Notes: generated by a model from the sequence alone, not told the origin. Positions 1 to 13,369 are shown, counted from the first letter of the stretch. The stretch: 64,000 nt of DNA from Methanomicrobiales archaeon (GCA_026394715.1 JAPKXR010000229.1:628-64627), one strand, 5' to 3'. Numbers and translations: made by a program.

Positions 1-61
1 TTTAACTGTCGCAGGACCATCAGGTGGTGCGACAGAGATAAAACGCGGGCCTACGCCTGTA

Positions 62-1981
62 ATGACACCTGCTGCAGCCAGCTCGGTGAATCCTGATGCT
101 CCTGTACCTGCCATGAAAGTTGCCAGGACAATGTGGTCAGATGACATAACCGAGCAGGACGAAAAAATTGTAAGTATCGACCAGATAAGGGGCTTAAGCG
201 GACTGATCCTCCCGAAAGGTGTGACATTTGAGATAGACTCGTTGCAACTGAAGAGCCGGGTCTCGCCATTTGCCATGGCAGACGGTAGTGTTCAAGAGCA
301 AATCGATAAAATATGGCAGGCCGGACTCCCGACAGGTGGCCTTTCCAGCATAAGCATTGACCAGGAAGGGGATGGATCAGCAGCGGCGGAAAAGGGCGGG
401 TTCCTGAATAAATTCAACCTTTTCAAACTGATCAGTCACGAAACCGAGGAATACAACCCGAAAATCCATGGTCCGCTCATCGATCTGGTAATGAAGCCCC
501 GTGCCGGGGTCGAAGAGTTGGAGTTTTATCCTGTCAATGAGCCCTATGCCTATATCCGTGTGGTATACGACAACTCAACTCACGAGTACACGTATACTGT
601 GCTGGAACCTGTCCTTTCGCCGGGGGAAATGGACCTCTTCTCAGAATTAAAAGAACGGATCTTTGAACGGCTCGATGTCAATTCAAGGGATATTGTTCCC
701 GAGTTTGCAAAAATTACGCTTAAAAAAGTGACGGATGATATCATAGCAGATTACGGCCTGACCTTGACTCCCGTCCAGCGGGCCAAAATTCTCTATAACA
801 TGGAGAAGGAATTCCTCGGCCAGGGTCTGATTGATCCCATTATGCATGACAAATATATAGAGGACATATCCTGTGACGGGGTCAATTCATCGATATTTGT
901 CTACCATGCACGGTACGAGTCAATGAAATCCAACCTGATGTTTACCAATGCTGAAGAACTGGACTCTTTTGTTACAAAACTCGCCCAGAGGTCAGGGAAA
1001 TATATCTCTATTGCAGCTCCGATGCTTGATGCGACAATGACCGACGGGTCCCGTATTCAGATGACACTGGGCCAGGAAGTGACGGCACATGGGTCTACAT
1101 TCACCATCCGTAAATTCAAGGACGAACCAATCACCCCGACCGACCTGATAGAATGGCATACTTTCTCACCCTTGTCAATCGCTTTTCTCTGGCTCGCTGT
1201 GGAAACAGGGAAATCCCTGATCCTTGCCGGTGGGACGGCATCAGGGAAGACAACAGCGCTGAACGCGCTTGCGCTGTTTATCCCGCCGCTAGCCAAGATC
1301 GTCACCCTTGAGGATACGCGGGAATTAAAACTCCCACACCCGAACTGGATCCCGAGTATTACCCGGGCATCGTTCGACTCGGCCGGCAAGGGAGAGATCG
1401 ACATGTATGAACTCCTGAGGGCGGCGCTTCGTCAGCGTCCGGAGTACATCATTGTTGGTGAAGTGCGAGGAAAAGAGGCCCAGACCCTGTTCCAGGCGAT
1501 GAGCACAGGGCACGTGACCTATTCAACAATTCACGCAGATTCAGTTGCAAGCGTTGTCCACAGGATTGAAAACCCTCCGCTTGATGTCCCGAGAAATATG
1601 CTGTCCGCTCTGGACCTTGTCTGTGTCCAGGTTCAGGCACGGGTGGGTGGCCAGAGGATACGGCGCAATAAACAGATCATCGAGATTCTTGATATTGATC
1701 CACGGACGAACGAGTTGATCACAAACGAAGTGTTCAAATGGAGACAGGCGACAGATGAAATTACCTATTCCGGAAAATCGTTCATATTAGAAGAGATCAT
1801 GGAAGAGAGGTGGTGGAATGAGGAGAGAATCAGGGAAGAGCTCAAGAGAAGGCAGGAAGTCCTCGAATGGATGCGGATTAAGAAAATCCGGCATTTCAAA
1901 GATGTTTCTCAGATCCTTGTCTCTTATTTCCGGGACCCGGAAGCGGTAATGCAAAAGGTAAGGGCCGAACTATATGAATAG
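62..1981 (+). CDS. Type II/IV secretion-system ATPase (archaeal pilus assembly ATPase, VirB11/FlaI/TadA family); may start upstream of the window
   Basis: Walker A GGTASGKTT, Asp box VTLEDTRE, ALRQRPEYIIVGEVRG, His box STGH...TIHA. The frame is open to the window edge. Confidence 0.9.
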   Translation: MTPAAASSVNPDAPVPAMKVARTMWSDDITEQDEKIVSIDQIRGLSGLILPKGVTFEIDSLQLKSRVSPFAMADGSVQEQIDKIWQAGLPTGGLSSISIDQEGDGSAAAEKGGFLNKFNLFKLISHETEEYNPKIHGPLIDLVMKPRAGVEELEFYPVNEPYAYIRVVYDNSTHEYTYTVLEPVLSPGEMDLFSELKERIFERLDVNSRDIVPEFAKITLKKVTDDIIADYGLTLTPVQRAKILYNMEKEFLGQGLIDPIMHDKYIEDISCDGVNSSIFVYHARYESMKSNLMFTNAEELDSFVTKLAQRSGKYISIAAPMLDATMTDGSRIQMTLGQEVTAHGSTFTIRKFKDEPITPTDLIEWHTFSPLSIAFLWLAVETGKSLILAGGTASGKTTALNALALFIPPLAKIVTLEDTRELKLPHPNWIPSITRASFDSAGKGEIDMYELLRAALRQRPEYIIVGEVRGKEAQTLFQAMSTGHVTYSTIHADSVASVVHRIENPPLDVPRNMLSALDLVCVQVQARVGGQRIRRNKQIIEILDIDPRTNELITNEVFKWRQATDEITYSGKSFILEEIMEERWWNEERIREELKRRQEVLEWMRIKKIRHFKDVSQILVSYFRDPEAVMQKVRAELYE

Positions 1982-2897
1982 TTACGAACGCTTCTGCTTC
2001 AATCTTCTGGGAAAGAGTGTAAAAGCACGACGTGAAAAATATTCAGAATTACGAAAAGATCTGCTGTCCTCCCGCATACAAACTCCATTTGAGGTATATC
2101 TCTCAACAGCATTTGTAACTTCAATCCTCGTCGGTCTGCTTGCTGCAGTCGGGATAGGGGCTGTTACATTTATTTTCCAACTTACGAAACTTGTCACCTA
2201 TCGGGGAGCTGTCCCGGATGCGATAGTCCCTATTGCCAATTATAGTCTTTTACTTGGGACTGTTGCGGTGACAATACTTTCTCTCCTGATTTTTGGAGGG
2301 TTGACCTATATGATCTACAATCTTTATCCCTCCTTTGTCGCGGGTAACCGGCGTAGGAATATTGATGCAACCCTTCCCTACGCGATTAATTACATCACTG
2401 CAATGTCGACAGCGGGTATCCCGCCAGCCGAGATTTTCCGGCAGCTGGCAGACAGTAAAATTTACGGTGAGAGCTCTGTCGAAGCCCGATATATCGTGCG
2501 GGAAATTGATATGTTCGGAAAAGACCTCATTGATGCGCTTAGAATTACCTCCATTTCCACGCCAAGCATGAGGATGAAGGAATTTATACAGGGCGCGATG
2601 GGAAGCATCTCCAGCGGGAGTAACCTGACGGTGTATTTCCGGACAAAAGCCGAGCAATATTCGATTGAAAACCGCCATACCCAGAAACTCTTCCTTGATA
2701 CCCTTGGCCTTATTGCTGAGTCGTATGTTACTGCAATGGTGGCCGGGCCGCTTTTCCTGATTATTCTCCAGTCGATTATGTCGGTTATCGGGAACAATGC
2801 GAATCCTATCTTTCTCTTTGTGATTATCTACATGATGATCCCGCTCGGGAGTATCATGTTTGTCATTATGATCAGTGCAATGACTCCGGAGGCTTAA
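1974..2897 (+). CDS. T2SS F-family (TadB/TadC/FlaJ-like) membrane platform protein
   Basis: Overlaps the ATPase stop. Transmembrane segments, IDATLPYAINYITAMSTAG and TPSxxMKEF motifs. Confidence 0.85.
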   Translation: MNSYERFCFNLLGKSVKARREKYSELRKDLLSSRIQTPFEVYLSTAFVTSILVGLLAAVGIGAVTFIFQLTKLVTYRGAVPDAIVPIANYSLLLGTVAVTILSLLIFGGLTYMIYNLYPSFVAGNRRRNIDATLPYAINYITAMSTAGIPPAEIFRQLADSKIYGESSVEARYIVREIDMFGKDLIDALRITSISTPSMRMKEFIQGAMGSISSGSNLTVYFRTKAEQYSIENRHTQKLFLDTLGLIAESYVTAMVAGPLFLIILQSIMSVIGNNANPIFLFVIIYMMIPLGSIMFVIMISAMTPEA

Positions 2898-2898
2898 A

Positions 2899-3927
2899 AT
2901 GGGTTGGAAAGATAAAATTCCAGGTTTGGGTGGAAAAAAAAGCATTCCTAAAAGCCTACCCGGAAAACGTGTAAGTTATTCTGATGATGCGGAACATGAA
3001 ATTGAAGAAAAACTCGAATATGACCGCGCTCACCGGGTAGGGTTTGGCCGGTTCGTCCGGCACCCCCTGAAGGTGCTCACTGAACAGCCGATCAATATTC
3101 TCATCGTGTGTGTACCGGTATCTCTGGCGTTCTTCCTCATCAGTACTGTGACCATGATCCGGCAGTATGGCCTGTCCGTGATGTTCACGACAACGATTAT
3201 AGACGATATCGCGGTCATTTCAATCCTGATTGCCATCGGTCCTCTTGCAATTCTCCAGACAAGGGAATCAAAACGAATTAATAACCTCGAAGAAGCGCTC
3301 CCCAATTTCTTCCGTGATCTTGCGGGTATGAACGACAGTGGCATGACGCTCCCCAATGCCGTCCACCTTGTATCTGCCGGTGAATACAGTACCTTAACGC
3401 CATTTATTCGTAAAATGGATAGCGAAATGTCGTGGAATGTGCCATTTGTCCAGGCAATGTACCGTTTCGGGCAGCGGCTGCGTACCCCGCTTGCAGACCG
3501 GAGTGTCGACCTGATTGCGAAGGCAAGCAGGGCTGGCGGTGATGCCAGCGAAGTGCTCCGTGCTGCGGCGAATGATACCTATGAATTTGTGAGTCTCAAA
3601 ACAGAGCGGAACAATAACATGATGATCTATGTCGTTATTGTGTTGGTATCGTTCCTGGTGTTCCTGTTTGTTATTTTTATACTGGTCACGACATTTCTTA
3701 CCACGATGGCAACTGCAGCCCAGGCAGGGGGACAATCCGGTCCACAGTTCATAAAAAACCTTAATCTTTTCTTTTACAAGCGGTTGTTTGCCCATGCTGC
3801 CATGATCCAGGGTGTCTTTTCAGGACTCGTTGCCGGGCAGATGGGTGAAGGCAGTGCAATTGCGGGCCTTAAGTATTCTGCAATCATGTTGCTGATTGCA
3901 TGGATTTCGTTCCGGTTCTTTGTGTAA
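2899..3927 (+). CDS. T2SS F-family (TadC-like) membrane platform protein
   Basis: LEEALPNFFRDLAGMNDSGMTL and C-terminal GLVAGQMGEG...GLKY motifs; several transmembrane segments. Confidence 0.85.
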   Translation: MGWKDKIPGLGGKKSIPKSLPGKRVSYSDDAEHEIEEKLEYDRAHRVGFGRFVRHPLKVLTEQPINILIVCVPVSLAFFLISTVTMIRQYGLSVMFTTTIIDDIAVISILIAIGPLAILQTRESKRINNLEEALPNFFRDLAGMNDSGMTLPNAVHLVSAGEYSTLTPFIRKMDSEMSWNVPFVQAMYRFGQRLRTPLADRSVDLIAKASRAGGDASEVLRAAANDTYEFVSLKTERNNNMMIYVVIVLVSFLVFLFVIFILVTTFLTTMATAAQAGGQSGPQFIKNLNLFFYKRLFAHAAMIQGVFSGLVAGQMGEGSAIAGLKYSAIMLLIAWISFRFFV

Positions 3928-4148
3928 CGGTTGAACCTTTCCCGTCATATTGTATACTGGGGAACTGCCATATCAGGTATTTTTAATTTCCTCTGGATAC
4001 AATCAGGCCAAAAATATCTTTATAACTGTGGGACGGGCGTGAGTTGAATCATCTGATTTTTTTATTGGGGGGAGGTGTTTTTAAAAAAATATGGGGGAAA
4101 TGGCCCGGGATGTGAAAGAATGCCTGACGATAGTGGTGTCCCCCACCG

Positions 4149-5237
4149 TCAGAGGATCCCCATATCGGAGAGTCTTTTGGGGAGATATTCCTTTGTGACG
4201 AAATCAAGCCCTCGGGCTGCAAATGCCTGCTGTTCTGATTTCATTCCCATCTTTAGCTGTAAATTGATCTGCTCTTTCCAGTAGTCCGTTGCAAAACGCG
4301 GGTCCGAAAGTTCACTGTGGAGCGCGGCAATATCACGTTCATTGAGGTGGTCTGAAGGGAGGTTGTAGTCCCGAATATCGCTTGGCTGAACGCCGATAAA
4401 CCTGGCCTGCGGGGTGGCAAGGATTTCTGACATGTGGGCACTTTTGATTGCCCCATATGCAACACTGGCGTAAATCCGGTACGACCAGGGGTCGCCATCG
4501 GTGAACACGACCACCGGGAGCTTGAACTGGTCATTGATTCTGTTCAGGACACGACGGGTTGAACGGGCCGGTTGACCCTTCAGGTGAACAAGAATTGCCT
4601 TGTATTCCTCATCAAACCCGTTCTCGATCAACCGTGCATACATACCGCCGGTCTCGATCGCGATGACAAATCTGGCATCGTGACTGAGAAAATCGATGGT
4701 ATCGACATTGGTCGGTATCTGGTAACCCGCTTCTCCGACGTCATCCCTGCAATGGATCGTACGCTCTCCTCTTCGTGTCACTTCTTTTAATTCAATCGCG
4801 CCGAAAATTGTTGCCCCGTCTTCTTCAGGCCGTAAATGGAACGCCTCCCGTTGCATATCGGTCAGGATCTCAAGGTCTTCAATTAAGAAATTGCTCTCAT
4901 CCTGCGCACCGAATTTTGCTTTTTTCCAGCCCTCCGAGATGTAATACAACTCTCTTAACGTTGACGAACGGTTTTCGCCTATCTGTTTTTTCAAAAACCA
5001 GATTACCCACGCCATCTTCAGGATATGCATCGCACTTTTTGCCGAACCTGCAGAGCGGGTACTTTCCTTTTCGCCATATTTCCAGACTTCACTCTCGTCA
5101 TCGAATTCAATATTATGTTTTGTCCGGGTGGGCAGGTTGATAGAGGGGATTACTCCGCTCTTCATCTGGTCATACCATTTTTGTGCAATTGTCTGCAGGC
5201 TTTCGATGGCCCGTTTATTGAGGTCTGATTTAGACAT
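4149..5237 (-). CDS. top6A: DNA topoisomerase VI subunit A
   Basis: STLRELYY catalytic Tyr region, IETGG, TOPRIM TDGDPW, KSEQQA. Confidence 0.97.
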   Translation of the reverse strand: MSKSDLNKRAIESLQTIAQKWYDQMKSGVIPSINLPTRTKHNIEFDDESEVWKYGEKESTRSAGSAKSAMHILKMAWVIWFLKKQIGENRSSTLRELYYISEGWKKAKFGAQDESNFLIEDLEILTDMQREAFHLRPEEDGATIFGAIELKEVTRRGERTIHCRDDVGEAGYQIPTNVDTIDFLSHDARFVIAIETGGMYARLIENGFDEEYKAILVHLKGQPARSTRRVLNRINDQFKLPVVVFTDGDPWSYRIYASVAYGAIKSAHMSEILATPQARFIGVQPSDIRDYNLPSDHLNERDIAALHSELSDPRFATDYWKEQINLQLKMGMKSEQQAFAARGLDFVTKEYLPKRLSDMGIL

Positions 5238-7032
5238 TCAGGTCCACCACCACGCATTTTCCCTCGTCGATTCCCCTGATGTCAAGGTTACCGCCACCCC
5301 TGCCTTTCCAGGTAACCTTCCAACTGGCGCCAGGTGCCAGGGGTACCTGCCAGACCTTGGTAAACTCGGTATCGAGTGAGGTTACAAAATCCGCCTTTGG
5401 CTCGGCATCATGTGCACTGTCAGGTGAGGTCTCGTACACTGATACCGTGCCGTTGAAATCAGTATAGTTGTTCAATTCAATTGTGACGGTGTCACCAGAT
5501 AACCGTTTCTTTACAACCATCTTTCTCATGATACGCCCTTCGATCGGGCTGATATCCGGGATGGGGAGTTCGACGATCTCGGCAACTTTCTCGGCGATCT
5601 CGGGGATTATTGCACACACCGCCCGGGCCCGGTCTTCTGCAAGCCGGTTCCGGTCCCTCCTTGAAAGAAATTGTTTTAAATCGCGTCCCAGGTCCTGAAG
5701 GGCAAGGGTGACTTCCTTTTCGATTTCTGGGATCGATGCAACCGCATCTTTGCTTTCACTTGTGAATGGTACGTTTGTCGAGGCAACATGGACGAGAATG
5801 AGTAATGGCCCGACCGGAAGGCCCTGTTGGGAAACAGAGTAACTTTTCCAGTTTATTTCCGTGATGCAGCCGGTGATTGCGCAGGCCCCCTGCTGGTACA
5901 TCAGAGGCACCCGGTTTGCAAACCTGAGGATCTGTGCGTTTCCTTCAGGTGGAAGTTTTCCACCATACCCAAGTGCTGCCTCGACCATGAAGGGATGACC
6001 TGAAAATACAGAGCTTGGCCGTGTCCTGGCCCTGACAAAGTCCATTGGGAACTCTTTACGGAGGCCCCTGATGATAAGATCCTCACCAATCGGTGAGAGG
6101 CAGAGCGATGCAGGCGGGGCGGGGACATTAACCTGTTGCATGGCGGCAATCAACTGCCGTTGTTCATCTGGAGTCAGTTTTTTTGCAGATTTCTCCGGGG
6201 ATATCCCTGCAATCTGGCACATTTCTAGCGCGGTTTTCTTCCCGACGCGGGAAAAACCAGATACCAGGAACAGTTCGACCTGGCCATCACTTGACGCAAG
6301 CATCCGTTGAAGCTGTCCAATCTCGATACCGTGTGGGTGCGGCTGGATTGCCTTCGGGCAGACAATGATTTCCGAGCTCACCCGCTCGAATGTTTCCGTT
6401 TCATCGTCCAGGTCTACACGGAGCCGTGCGTGAGGGTTCACGACGGCCGTGTAGCGCAGGTATTCGAGGAGCCTTTTTTTAGCGGCAAGGCTGCTTTTAA
6501 ATTCAATCTGGACACGGGTCCCGTGAGCTCTGTCCCATTCGATCTCCTGCGTGCTGATAATATCCGGCTCGTTGGTCTCTATTTTTATCTGGAGCATCAC
6601 CTGGCAGGCGGGTGTCGCAGCACTTGTTCGTGAAATCACAAGGGTCGGAGTCCCGGTCGTAAGCTGTGCATAGAGCACGGCAGCGCTGATACCAATACCC
6701 TGCTGGCCCCTGCTTTGTTTAATCTGGTGGAAGCGTGAGCCGTAGAGAAGTTTCCCAAAGACATAAGGGATTTGTGCGGGGACAATACCGGGGCCATTGT
6801 CCTCGACAATAATCCGGAATACATCTCCGGATATCCGTTTTATACCTACATAGATATCGGGAAGGACTTCAGCTTCTTCACAGGCATCAAGGGCATTATC
6901 AACTGCTTCCTTGACGGTTGTGATTATTCCCCTCGTAGGGGAGTCAAACCCGAGCAGGTGCTTATTTTTCTCGAAGAATTCTGCGACACTGATACTCCTC
7001 TGGGCCTTGGCAAGCTCATCCGCGAGGACCAC
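5230..7032 (-). CDS. top6B: DNA topoisomerase VI subunit B
   Basis: [14 protein letters not shown] motifs [16 protein letters not shown] and [10 protein letters not shown], plus RFANRVPL. Confidence 0.97.
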   Translation of the reverse strand: MVLADELAKAQRSISVAEFFEKNKHLLGFDSPTRGIITTVKEAVDNALDACEEAEVLPDIYVGIKRISGDVFRIIVEDNGPGIVPAQIPYVFGKLLYGSRFHQIKQSRGQQGIGISAAVLYAQLTTGTPTLVISRTSAATPACQVMLQIKIETNEPDIISTQEIEWDRAHGTRVQIEFKSSLAAKKRLLEYLRYTAVVNPHARLRVDLDDETETFERVSSEIIVCPKAIQPHPHGIEIGQLQRMLASSDGQVELFLVSGFSRVGKKTALEMCQIAGISPEKSAKKLTPDEQRQLIAAMQQVNVPAPPASLCLSPIGEDLIIRGLRKEFPMDFVRARTRPSSVFSGHPFMVEAALGYGGKLPPEGNAQILRFANRVPLMYQQGACAITGCITEINWKSYSVSQQGLPVGPLLILVHVASTNVPFTSESKDAVASIPEIEKEVTLALQDLGRDLKQFLSRRDRNRLAEDRARAVCAIIPEIAEKVAEIVELPIPDISPIEGRIMRKMVVKKRLSGDTVTIELNNYTDFNGTVSVYETSPDSAHDAEPKADFVTSLDTEFTKVWQVPLAPGASWKVTWKGRGGGNLDIRGIDEGKCVVVDLNV

Positions 7033-8251
7033 TCGTTACCACCTCACGTACTGCAGAGGGGAGGTCTAGTTCATGCTGTTCACCACTGATCAGGTCTTTT
7101 AATGTGACCGTCCCCGACTCCTGCTCGCGCTTTCCGATAATTGCGACGAATTGTGCAGACTTCGACGCATGGGTGATCTGTGCACCGATGTTACGCCCCA
7201 TGATATCAGTTTCAGTCCGGAGCCCTGCTTCCCGGAACGCTCTGGCAACCCGGAGCGCGTGAGTCCTTCCCTCCTGGGTGTAGACGATACCGACGACACG
7301 TTCTGCTTCTCCTGCCGTATCACCAAGTGAGACCATTACGCGGTCGAACCCTATTGCAAATCCCGATGATGGTACATCGTCACCGCCAAAAAGATGGGCG
7401 AGGCGGTAGGCACCGCCTCCAAGGATCTGGTTTTCTGCACCGAGGTTATCCGCAAAAGCCTCGAATACGATGCCCGTGTAATAGTCCAGTCCCCGGGCTA
7501 TGCCCGGGTCAAGCGAATACGGTACCTCCATTTCGTCAAGCAGGCCAAGAGTCTCTTCAGTCCTTTTATAATCGGGAAGTTCCCCGGTAACTTCCGTCAC
7601 TTCGTCAAGTGACCGGCATTCGAGTAGTGCCGTGAGGGAAGTATAGAGGTCTGACCTGCCCGTAACTGCAAGATGACCCTTCAGGCCGGCATCGTCTTTT
7701 TTATCAAGATATCGCATCACAATACGCTGTTCCTTCGGATCCATGTCTGAAAGCAGTGCTTTCATGAAATCCAGGTGACCGATATGCAGGGTGAATGACA
7801 CCCCTGAAGATTCAAGGAGGTCACGGGCAAGCATGATCACCTCCGCATCTGCAACCGGCGTATCTGCACCAATGAGCTCAACGCCGAACTGCCAGAACTG
7901 GCGATAACGTCCTTTCTGCGGACGTTCATACCGGAAACAATCCCCAAAATAGCACCACCGTAATGGCTTTGGGATAACCCGTGCTTCGTTAAGGTACATT
8001 CTCTGGACCGCCGCAGTGATTTCCGGCCGGAGTGCCATCATGCGCCCCCCCTTATCTTCGAATACATACATTTCTTCGATTATACCCTGGCCAGAGCGCG
8101 CGGTGAACAATTCCAGTTCTTCAAATTCCGGGGTGCAGACTTCACGATAACCCCAGCAACGGGCAACGTCGCGCATACGCTTTTCTACTGCTCTTCGTCG
8201 CTCCATCTCATCAGGGAGGAAGTCCCTGGTCCCCCTCGGCTTCTGTATCAT
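7016..8251 (-). CDS. hisS: Histidine--tRNA ligase
   Basis: [47 protein letters not shown]. Confidence 0.97.
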   Translation of the reverse strand: MIQKPRGTRDFLPDEMERRRAVEKRMRDVARCWGYREVCTPEFEELELFTARSGQGIIEEMYVFEDKGGRMMALRPEITAAVQRMYLNEARVIPKPLRWCYFGDCFRYERPQKGRYRQFWQFGVELIGADTPVADAEVIMLARDLLESSGVSFTLHIGHLDFMKALLSDMDPKEQRIVMRYLDKKDDAGLKGHLAVTGRSDLYTSLTALLECRSLDEVTEVTGELPDYKRTEETLGLLDEMEVPYSLDPGIARGLDYYTGIVFEAFADNLGAENQILGGGAYRLAHLFGGDDVPSSGFAIGFDRVMVSLGDTAGEAERVVGIVYTQEGRTHALRVARAFREAGLRTETDIMGRNIGAQITHASKSAQFVAIIGKREQESGTVTLKDLISGEQHELDLPSAVREVVTSGPRG

Positions 8252-8279
8252 TTCTCACTCACCATTCCAGTCTGCTATC

Positions 8280-8591
8280 TTATTTTCTTCCATATCGTAC
8301 CGAGCCAAAGAAACGTTCTGCGGTACTTTCGTCCTTCCATACTTTTTCCCGTGTGCCCCTGTCCCGAAGGAAAAGCGCAGCCATCACGACGCCGATACCC
8401 AGTACCTCTGCGGAAGCACCGAGCAGCGCGATAAGAAACCCGAGAGTGGCGAGTGCACCATATAGTACACCATAACGCGCTGCTTTCCTGTATCCCGGCA
8501 GGCCCGTGCGATAATATATCCGGGCATCACGCAACCACAGGAATATTACGGCGACTGCCCCGAATAATGCGATATATAAAAGATAGCTCAT
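8280..8591 (-). CDS. Small membrane protein of unknown function (about 3 TM)
   Basis: 103-aa hydrophobic ORF filling the gap upstream of hisS; contains RDARIYYRTGLPGYRKAA. Confidence 0.7.
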   Translation of the reverse strand: MSYLLYIALFGAVAVIFLWLRDARIYYRTGLPGYRKAARYGVLYGALATLGFLIALLGASAEVLGIGVVMAALFLRDRGTREKVWKDESTAERFFGSVRYGRK

Positions 8592-8639
8592 ATGATGAAC
8601 GTATAATTATACGCCAGACCATATCTTTATTATCAAATC

Positions 8640-9925
<1,286 letters not shown>

Positions 9926-10006
9926 CCGGTCCGCGTGCTTTTTACGGCCCCCTACCTGCAAGGTATCAGAAAGAATGTCTTCTTGCAGGTTAAACTGGTG
10001 TATTCC

Positions 10007-11284
10007 ATGTTTCGGCAGTTAAAGGAAATGTTCCATAAAGAAGAAGTGCCACCCTTGACCCTGGCATCAGGTGAGATCCCCGACTGGATTACGGGTGAGT
10101 ATTCAAAGGTTGGGAAAAACGAAAAAGACCATGTCGACGTGTCAAGAAGAAATATCATTGGGAATATTGAAAAATTGAGGGAACTAGTGGAGTTTCTTGG
10201 CTCTGCCGAACACGAGGGGGTCGTGCATCCAAAACTGGAAAAGGTGGTGGAAAAATCTCTGCCTCTCTATAAAAAAGCCATAATGGCTGCACTTAACCGG
10301 CAGTTCCCTGAAAACCCTGATGATTTTTATATCGCAATTACCGAGTGTCTCAAGGGTTGTCTTAAAAGTTCGGCAGGGCCCGGTCGATATTTAATCGCGG
10401 TTTTTCCAGAGGAGATGAAAGCCATAAGGGCTGCCATTGACCAGGTTGGGCGGGAAATTAACTCGCTGAATCCAACAATTGCACAAGCTCGTAGTAAAGG
10501 GGAGGGACTGAACAAGATCCGGCAGATCTATGAGTCTTACCTTCATACCTGCGAAGAATTTCGACAGGCAGAGGATCAGTACCCCCAGCTTATCGATCGG
10601 TCGCTGGTACTGCAGGGTGAAATTAAGGTCATAAGTGAAGAAATCCGCTATTTAAGCCTGGACCCCCGCATGAAACAGCTTAATGAGTTACATGTGGAAG
10701 TAAAAGAGTTGAAAGAGGAGCACGAGCGAGCACGTGGTGAGTTCTCTGCATCAGGCACATTGATTGTTCATGTGCTGAAGCGGGCTGAAAAAGTTGCCCA
10801 GAAGGACCGCAATGTCGCCCTTGCGAAAAAGACCCATACACTGGCAGCGCTGCTCTCAAAAAGTGAAATTCCTGCAATTTCCGTTCTTTGTCAGGAATTG
10901 AATGATGTACTTCCTGAAATCATCGTGATGGTTACGCGCGGAGATATTTCCCTTAAGAATAAGGAGGAGCACCAGTATTTTTCTAACCCCGCATTGTTGC
11001 CCGGGAAAATGCAGAAAATTTTCAGCCGGATCGAAAGCACCGATAATCAACTGGCAGAGACCCGCAGAAAAATAGAGGGGTGCAGTTTCATAAAAGAGAA
11101 AGAATCAATGGACCGCCGCTTCAATAAAAAAACGAGTGAACTGGCAGAGGTAGCATTGAGCAAGGCTTCACTTGAAGGGCGTCTCACGATATTAAAAGAG
11201 GAAATCCCCCTGTTGCTTCAACAGACCGAAGACCTGATATCAGTATATTCCGGAAAAAAAGTAATAATCAGCAGGAATACTTGA
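10007..11284 (+). CDS. Hypothetical coiled-coil protein
   Basis: Long Glu/Lys/Leu-rich ORF. ATG 10007 chosen over GTG 9935. Confidence 0.75.
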   Translation: MFRQLKEMFHKEEVPPLTLASGEIPDWITGEYSKVGKNEKDHVDVSRRNIIGNIEKLRELVEFLGSAEHEGVVHPKLEKVVEKSLPLYKKAIMAALNRQFPENPDDFYIAITECLKGCLKSSAGPGRYLIAVFPEEMKAIRAAIDQVGREINSLNPTIAQARSKGEGLNKIRQIYESYLHTCEEFRQAEDQYPQLIDRSLVLQGEIKVISEEIRYLSLDPRMKQLNELHVEVKELKEEHERARGEFSASGTLIVHVLKRAEKVAQKDRNVALAKKTHTLAALLSKSEIPAISVLCQELNDVLPEIIVMVTRGDISLKNKEEHQYFSNPALLPGKMQKIFSRIESTDNQLAETRRKIEGCSFIKEKESMDRRFNKKTSELAEVALSKASLEGRLTILKEEIPLLLQQTEDLISVYSGKKVIISRNT

Positions 11285-11402
11285 TAGTCCCCGGTAATTT
11301 ACCTGGTGCTTTTTTTATTACCCCCGAACTGGCAGGTTCGTCCTGAAAACCCATCATGTTTTTATTCGTTCTACCCGTAAGTGTAGTCTCGTAGATATTT
11401 TT

Positions 11403-12851
11403 TTAATGTTCCGTAAAGATTTCGATTACTTTTTTCATATTCACATGCTCCTCGAAATGCTGGGCCAGCTGGTCGTATGGGTCCACGGATGAAACCTCAC
11501 CTAATTGCAGAAAATGTTCTCCTTTCTTTTCATAAAGATACGAAAGGAGTGCATTGATCACAGGGGGGTTGGACAGAAGACCGTGCATGTACGTGCCGAT
11601 GACGAGGCCATCGGCTGAGACTGCACCCTCGCTATCAAAGGCTTCCAGGTCGTCTCCCCTGTCGGTTCTACCCATATGGATCTCGTACCCGTTTACCTCA
11701 CCGATTCCTGACAATATCGGGGGTACCTGGTTGGCATGGTGCCTGACCTGCGTTGTATTCTTTTCATAGTTGATGAACCTCGTTACTCCGTTGAGGAATC
11801 CTAGTCCCGGGTATATCCCTTCACGGGATTCCACGCCTGAGTCGTGCAGTTCACGTCCCAGCATCTGGTAACCGCCGCAGATTCCGATTATCGGTATCCC
11901 TGCATTTCGTGCCAGGGTAAGTTTTCCTGCCGCGCCACTCCGGTACAACTCCATTAAATCATCGATGGTATTCTTTGTCCCCGGTATAATGATACAGTCG
12001 TATCCTTCGAGCGGTTCTCCGGGTGTGACATAATTCACTGCGGCATGTTGTTCGAGGAGTTCGAAATCAGTAAAATTTGAGATATGTGGGTGGCGTAATA
12101 TTGCTATCCTGACCGGATGTTCACCTGCTTTTTTATCCCCCAGTGAAAGTGAGTCCTCACTTGGTAGTGGTATATCACAATATGGTACCACCCCGAGGAC
12201 AGGTACCCCGGTCAGGTCCTCGATGATGCCGATACCCGGGGAGAAAATCCCGGGGTCACCCCTGAACTTATTGATAATTATCCCCTTCACAAGGTCCCGG
12301 ACATCAGGTGGTAGAAGTTGCAGGGTACCGTATATGGATGCAAAGACTCCACCCCGTTCAATATCCGCAACAAGTATGATGGGCATCTTCAGGGTTTTTG
12401 CAAGTCTGATATTTGCGATATCTCTTGAGTAGAGATTTACTTCGGCAGCTCCTCCTGCACCTTCCACAACAATATGACCATATTTTGCCAGGAGTCGGTC
12501 TGCAGATTCAACGGCAATCCCAAGAAGGTAGTCGGTCTCCTGGTAATACGCAGAGATTTCAATATCTTTATAGGGGTGGCCAAGCAGGACAACCTGTGAC
12601 ACGGTCCCGCCTTTTGGTTTTAAGAGGACGGGGTTCATATCTGTAACCGGTTCCAGTTTCGCAGCAATCGCCTGCATCGCCTGGGCAATTCCAATCTCAC
12701 CGCCATCCTGTGTCACAAATGAGTTAAGGCTCATGTTCTGTGATTTGAATGGTGCTACCCGGTATCCCCGGTTGACCAGGGACCGGCAGAGGGCTGCGAC
12801 AATTGTACTTTTACCTACGTGTGATGCAGTACCAAGAACCATAACCGACAT
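11403..12851 (-). CDS. cobQ: Cobyric acid synthase
   Basis: GTASHVGKS, PFKSQNMSLNS, MNPVLLKP, VEGAG, ISNFTDF, GICGGYQMLG, GTYMHG. Confidence 0.96.
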   Translation of the reverse strand: MSVMVLGTASHVGKSTIVAALCRSLVNRGYRVAPFKSQNMSLNSFVTQDGGEIGIAQAMQAIAAKLEPVTDMNPVLLKPKGGTVSQVVLLGHPYKDIEISAYYQETDYLLGIAVESADRLLAKYGHIVVEGAGGAAEVNLYSRDIANIRLAKTLKMPIILVADIERGGVFASIYGTLQLLPPDVRDLVKGIIINKFRGDPGIFSPGIGIIEDLTGVPVLGVVPYCDIPLPSEDSLSLGDKKAGEHPVRIAILRHPHISNFTDFELLEQHAAVNYVTPGEPLEGYDCIIIPGTKNTIDDLMELYRSGAAGKLTLARNAGIPIIGICGGYQMLGRELHDSGVESREGIYPGLGFLNGVTRFINYEKNTTQVRHHANQVPPILSGIGEVNGYEIHMGRTDRGDDLEAFDSEGAVSADGLVIGTYMHGLLSNPPVINALLSYLYEKKGEHFLQLGEVSSVDPYDQLAQHFEEHVNMKKVIEIFTEH

Positions 12852-13063
12852 TGTTTATGTACATTGCCTGCCAGGAATTTTAAATACGATTGAGTTTCTC
12901 CACAACCCTTCAAAGCGAGTGGGGACGAAAGCAATTATCCGGTGTGAATTAGATCAATTCCCAAAATGTTGCCTAAAATTACTTTACATGACTGAAAATA
13001 TCCCTGGTAATAACCCCTTTTGCATGCCAACAAATAAATAACGTAACTTTAAAGGTACAAGTA

Positions 13064-13369
13064 ATGAACGGTGGGATTTGTCCAACCTGTGGACTACCTA
13101 AAGAATTATGTATTTGTGAGGAGGTAGCAAAGGAACAGCAGAGGATTAATGTTAAGGTCAATAAGAGGCGGTATGGTAAAGAAGTCACCGTTATTGAGGG
13201 ACTTGACCCGACGGATATTGATCTTGAAGACCTCTCGAAATATATGAAAGGAAAGCTTGCCTGCGGTGGCACGGTGAAAGGGAATTCAATTGAACTGCAG
13301 GGAAATCATCGCGAGCGTGTTAAAGAACTGCTGGCCGATAAGGGATACAGTGTTGACAATATAAATTAA
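13064..13369 (+). CDS. Translation initiation factor aIF1 (SUI1/YciH family)
   Basis: [41 protein letters not shown]. Confidence 0.95.
   Translation: MNGGICPTCGLPKELCICEEVAKEQQRINVKVNKRRYGKEVTVIEGLDPTDIDLEDLSKYMKGKLACGGTVKGNSIELQGNHRERVKELLADKGYSVDNIN

Noticed and set aside
2250..2945. 231-aa minus-strand ORF
   Set aside because: Antisense to the TadC-like membrane gene.
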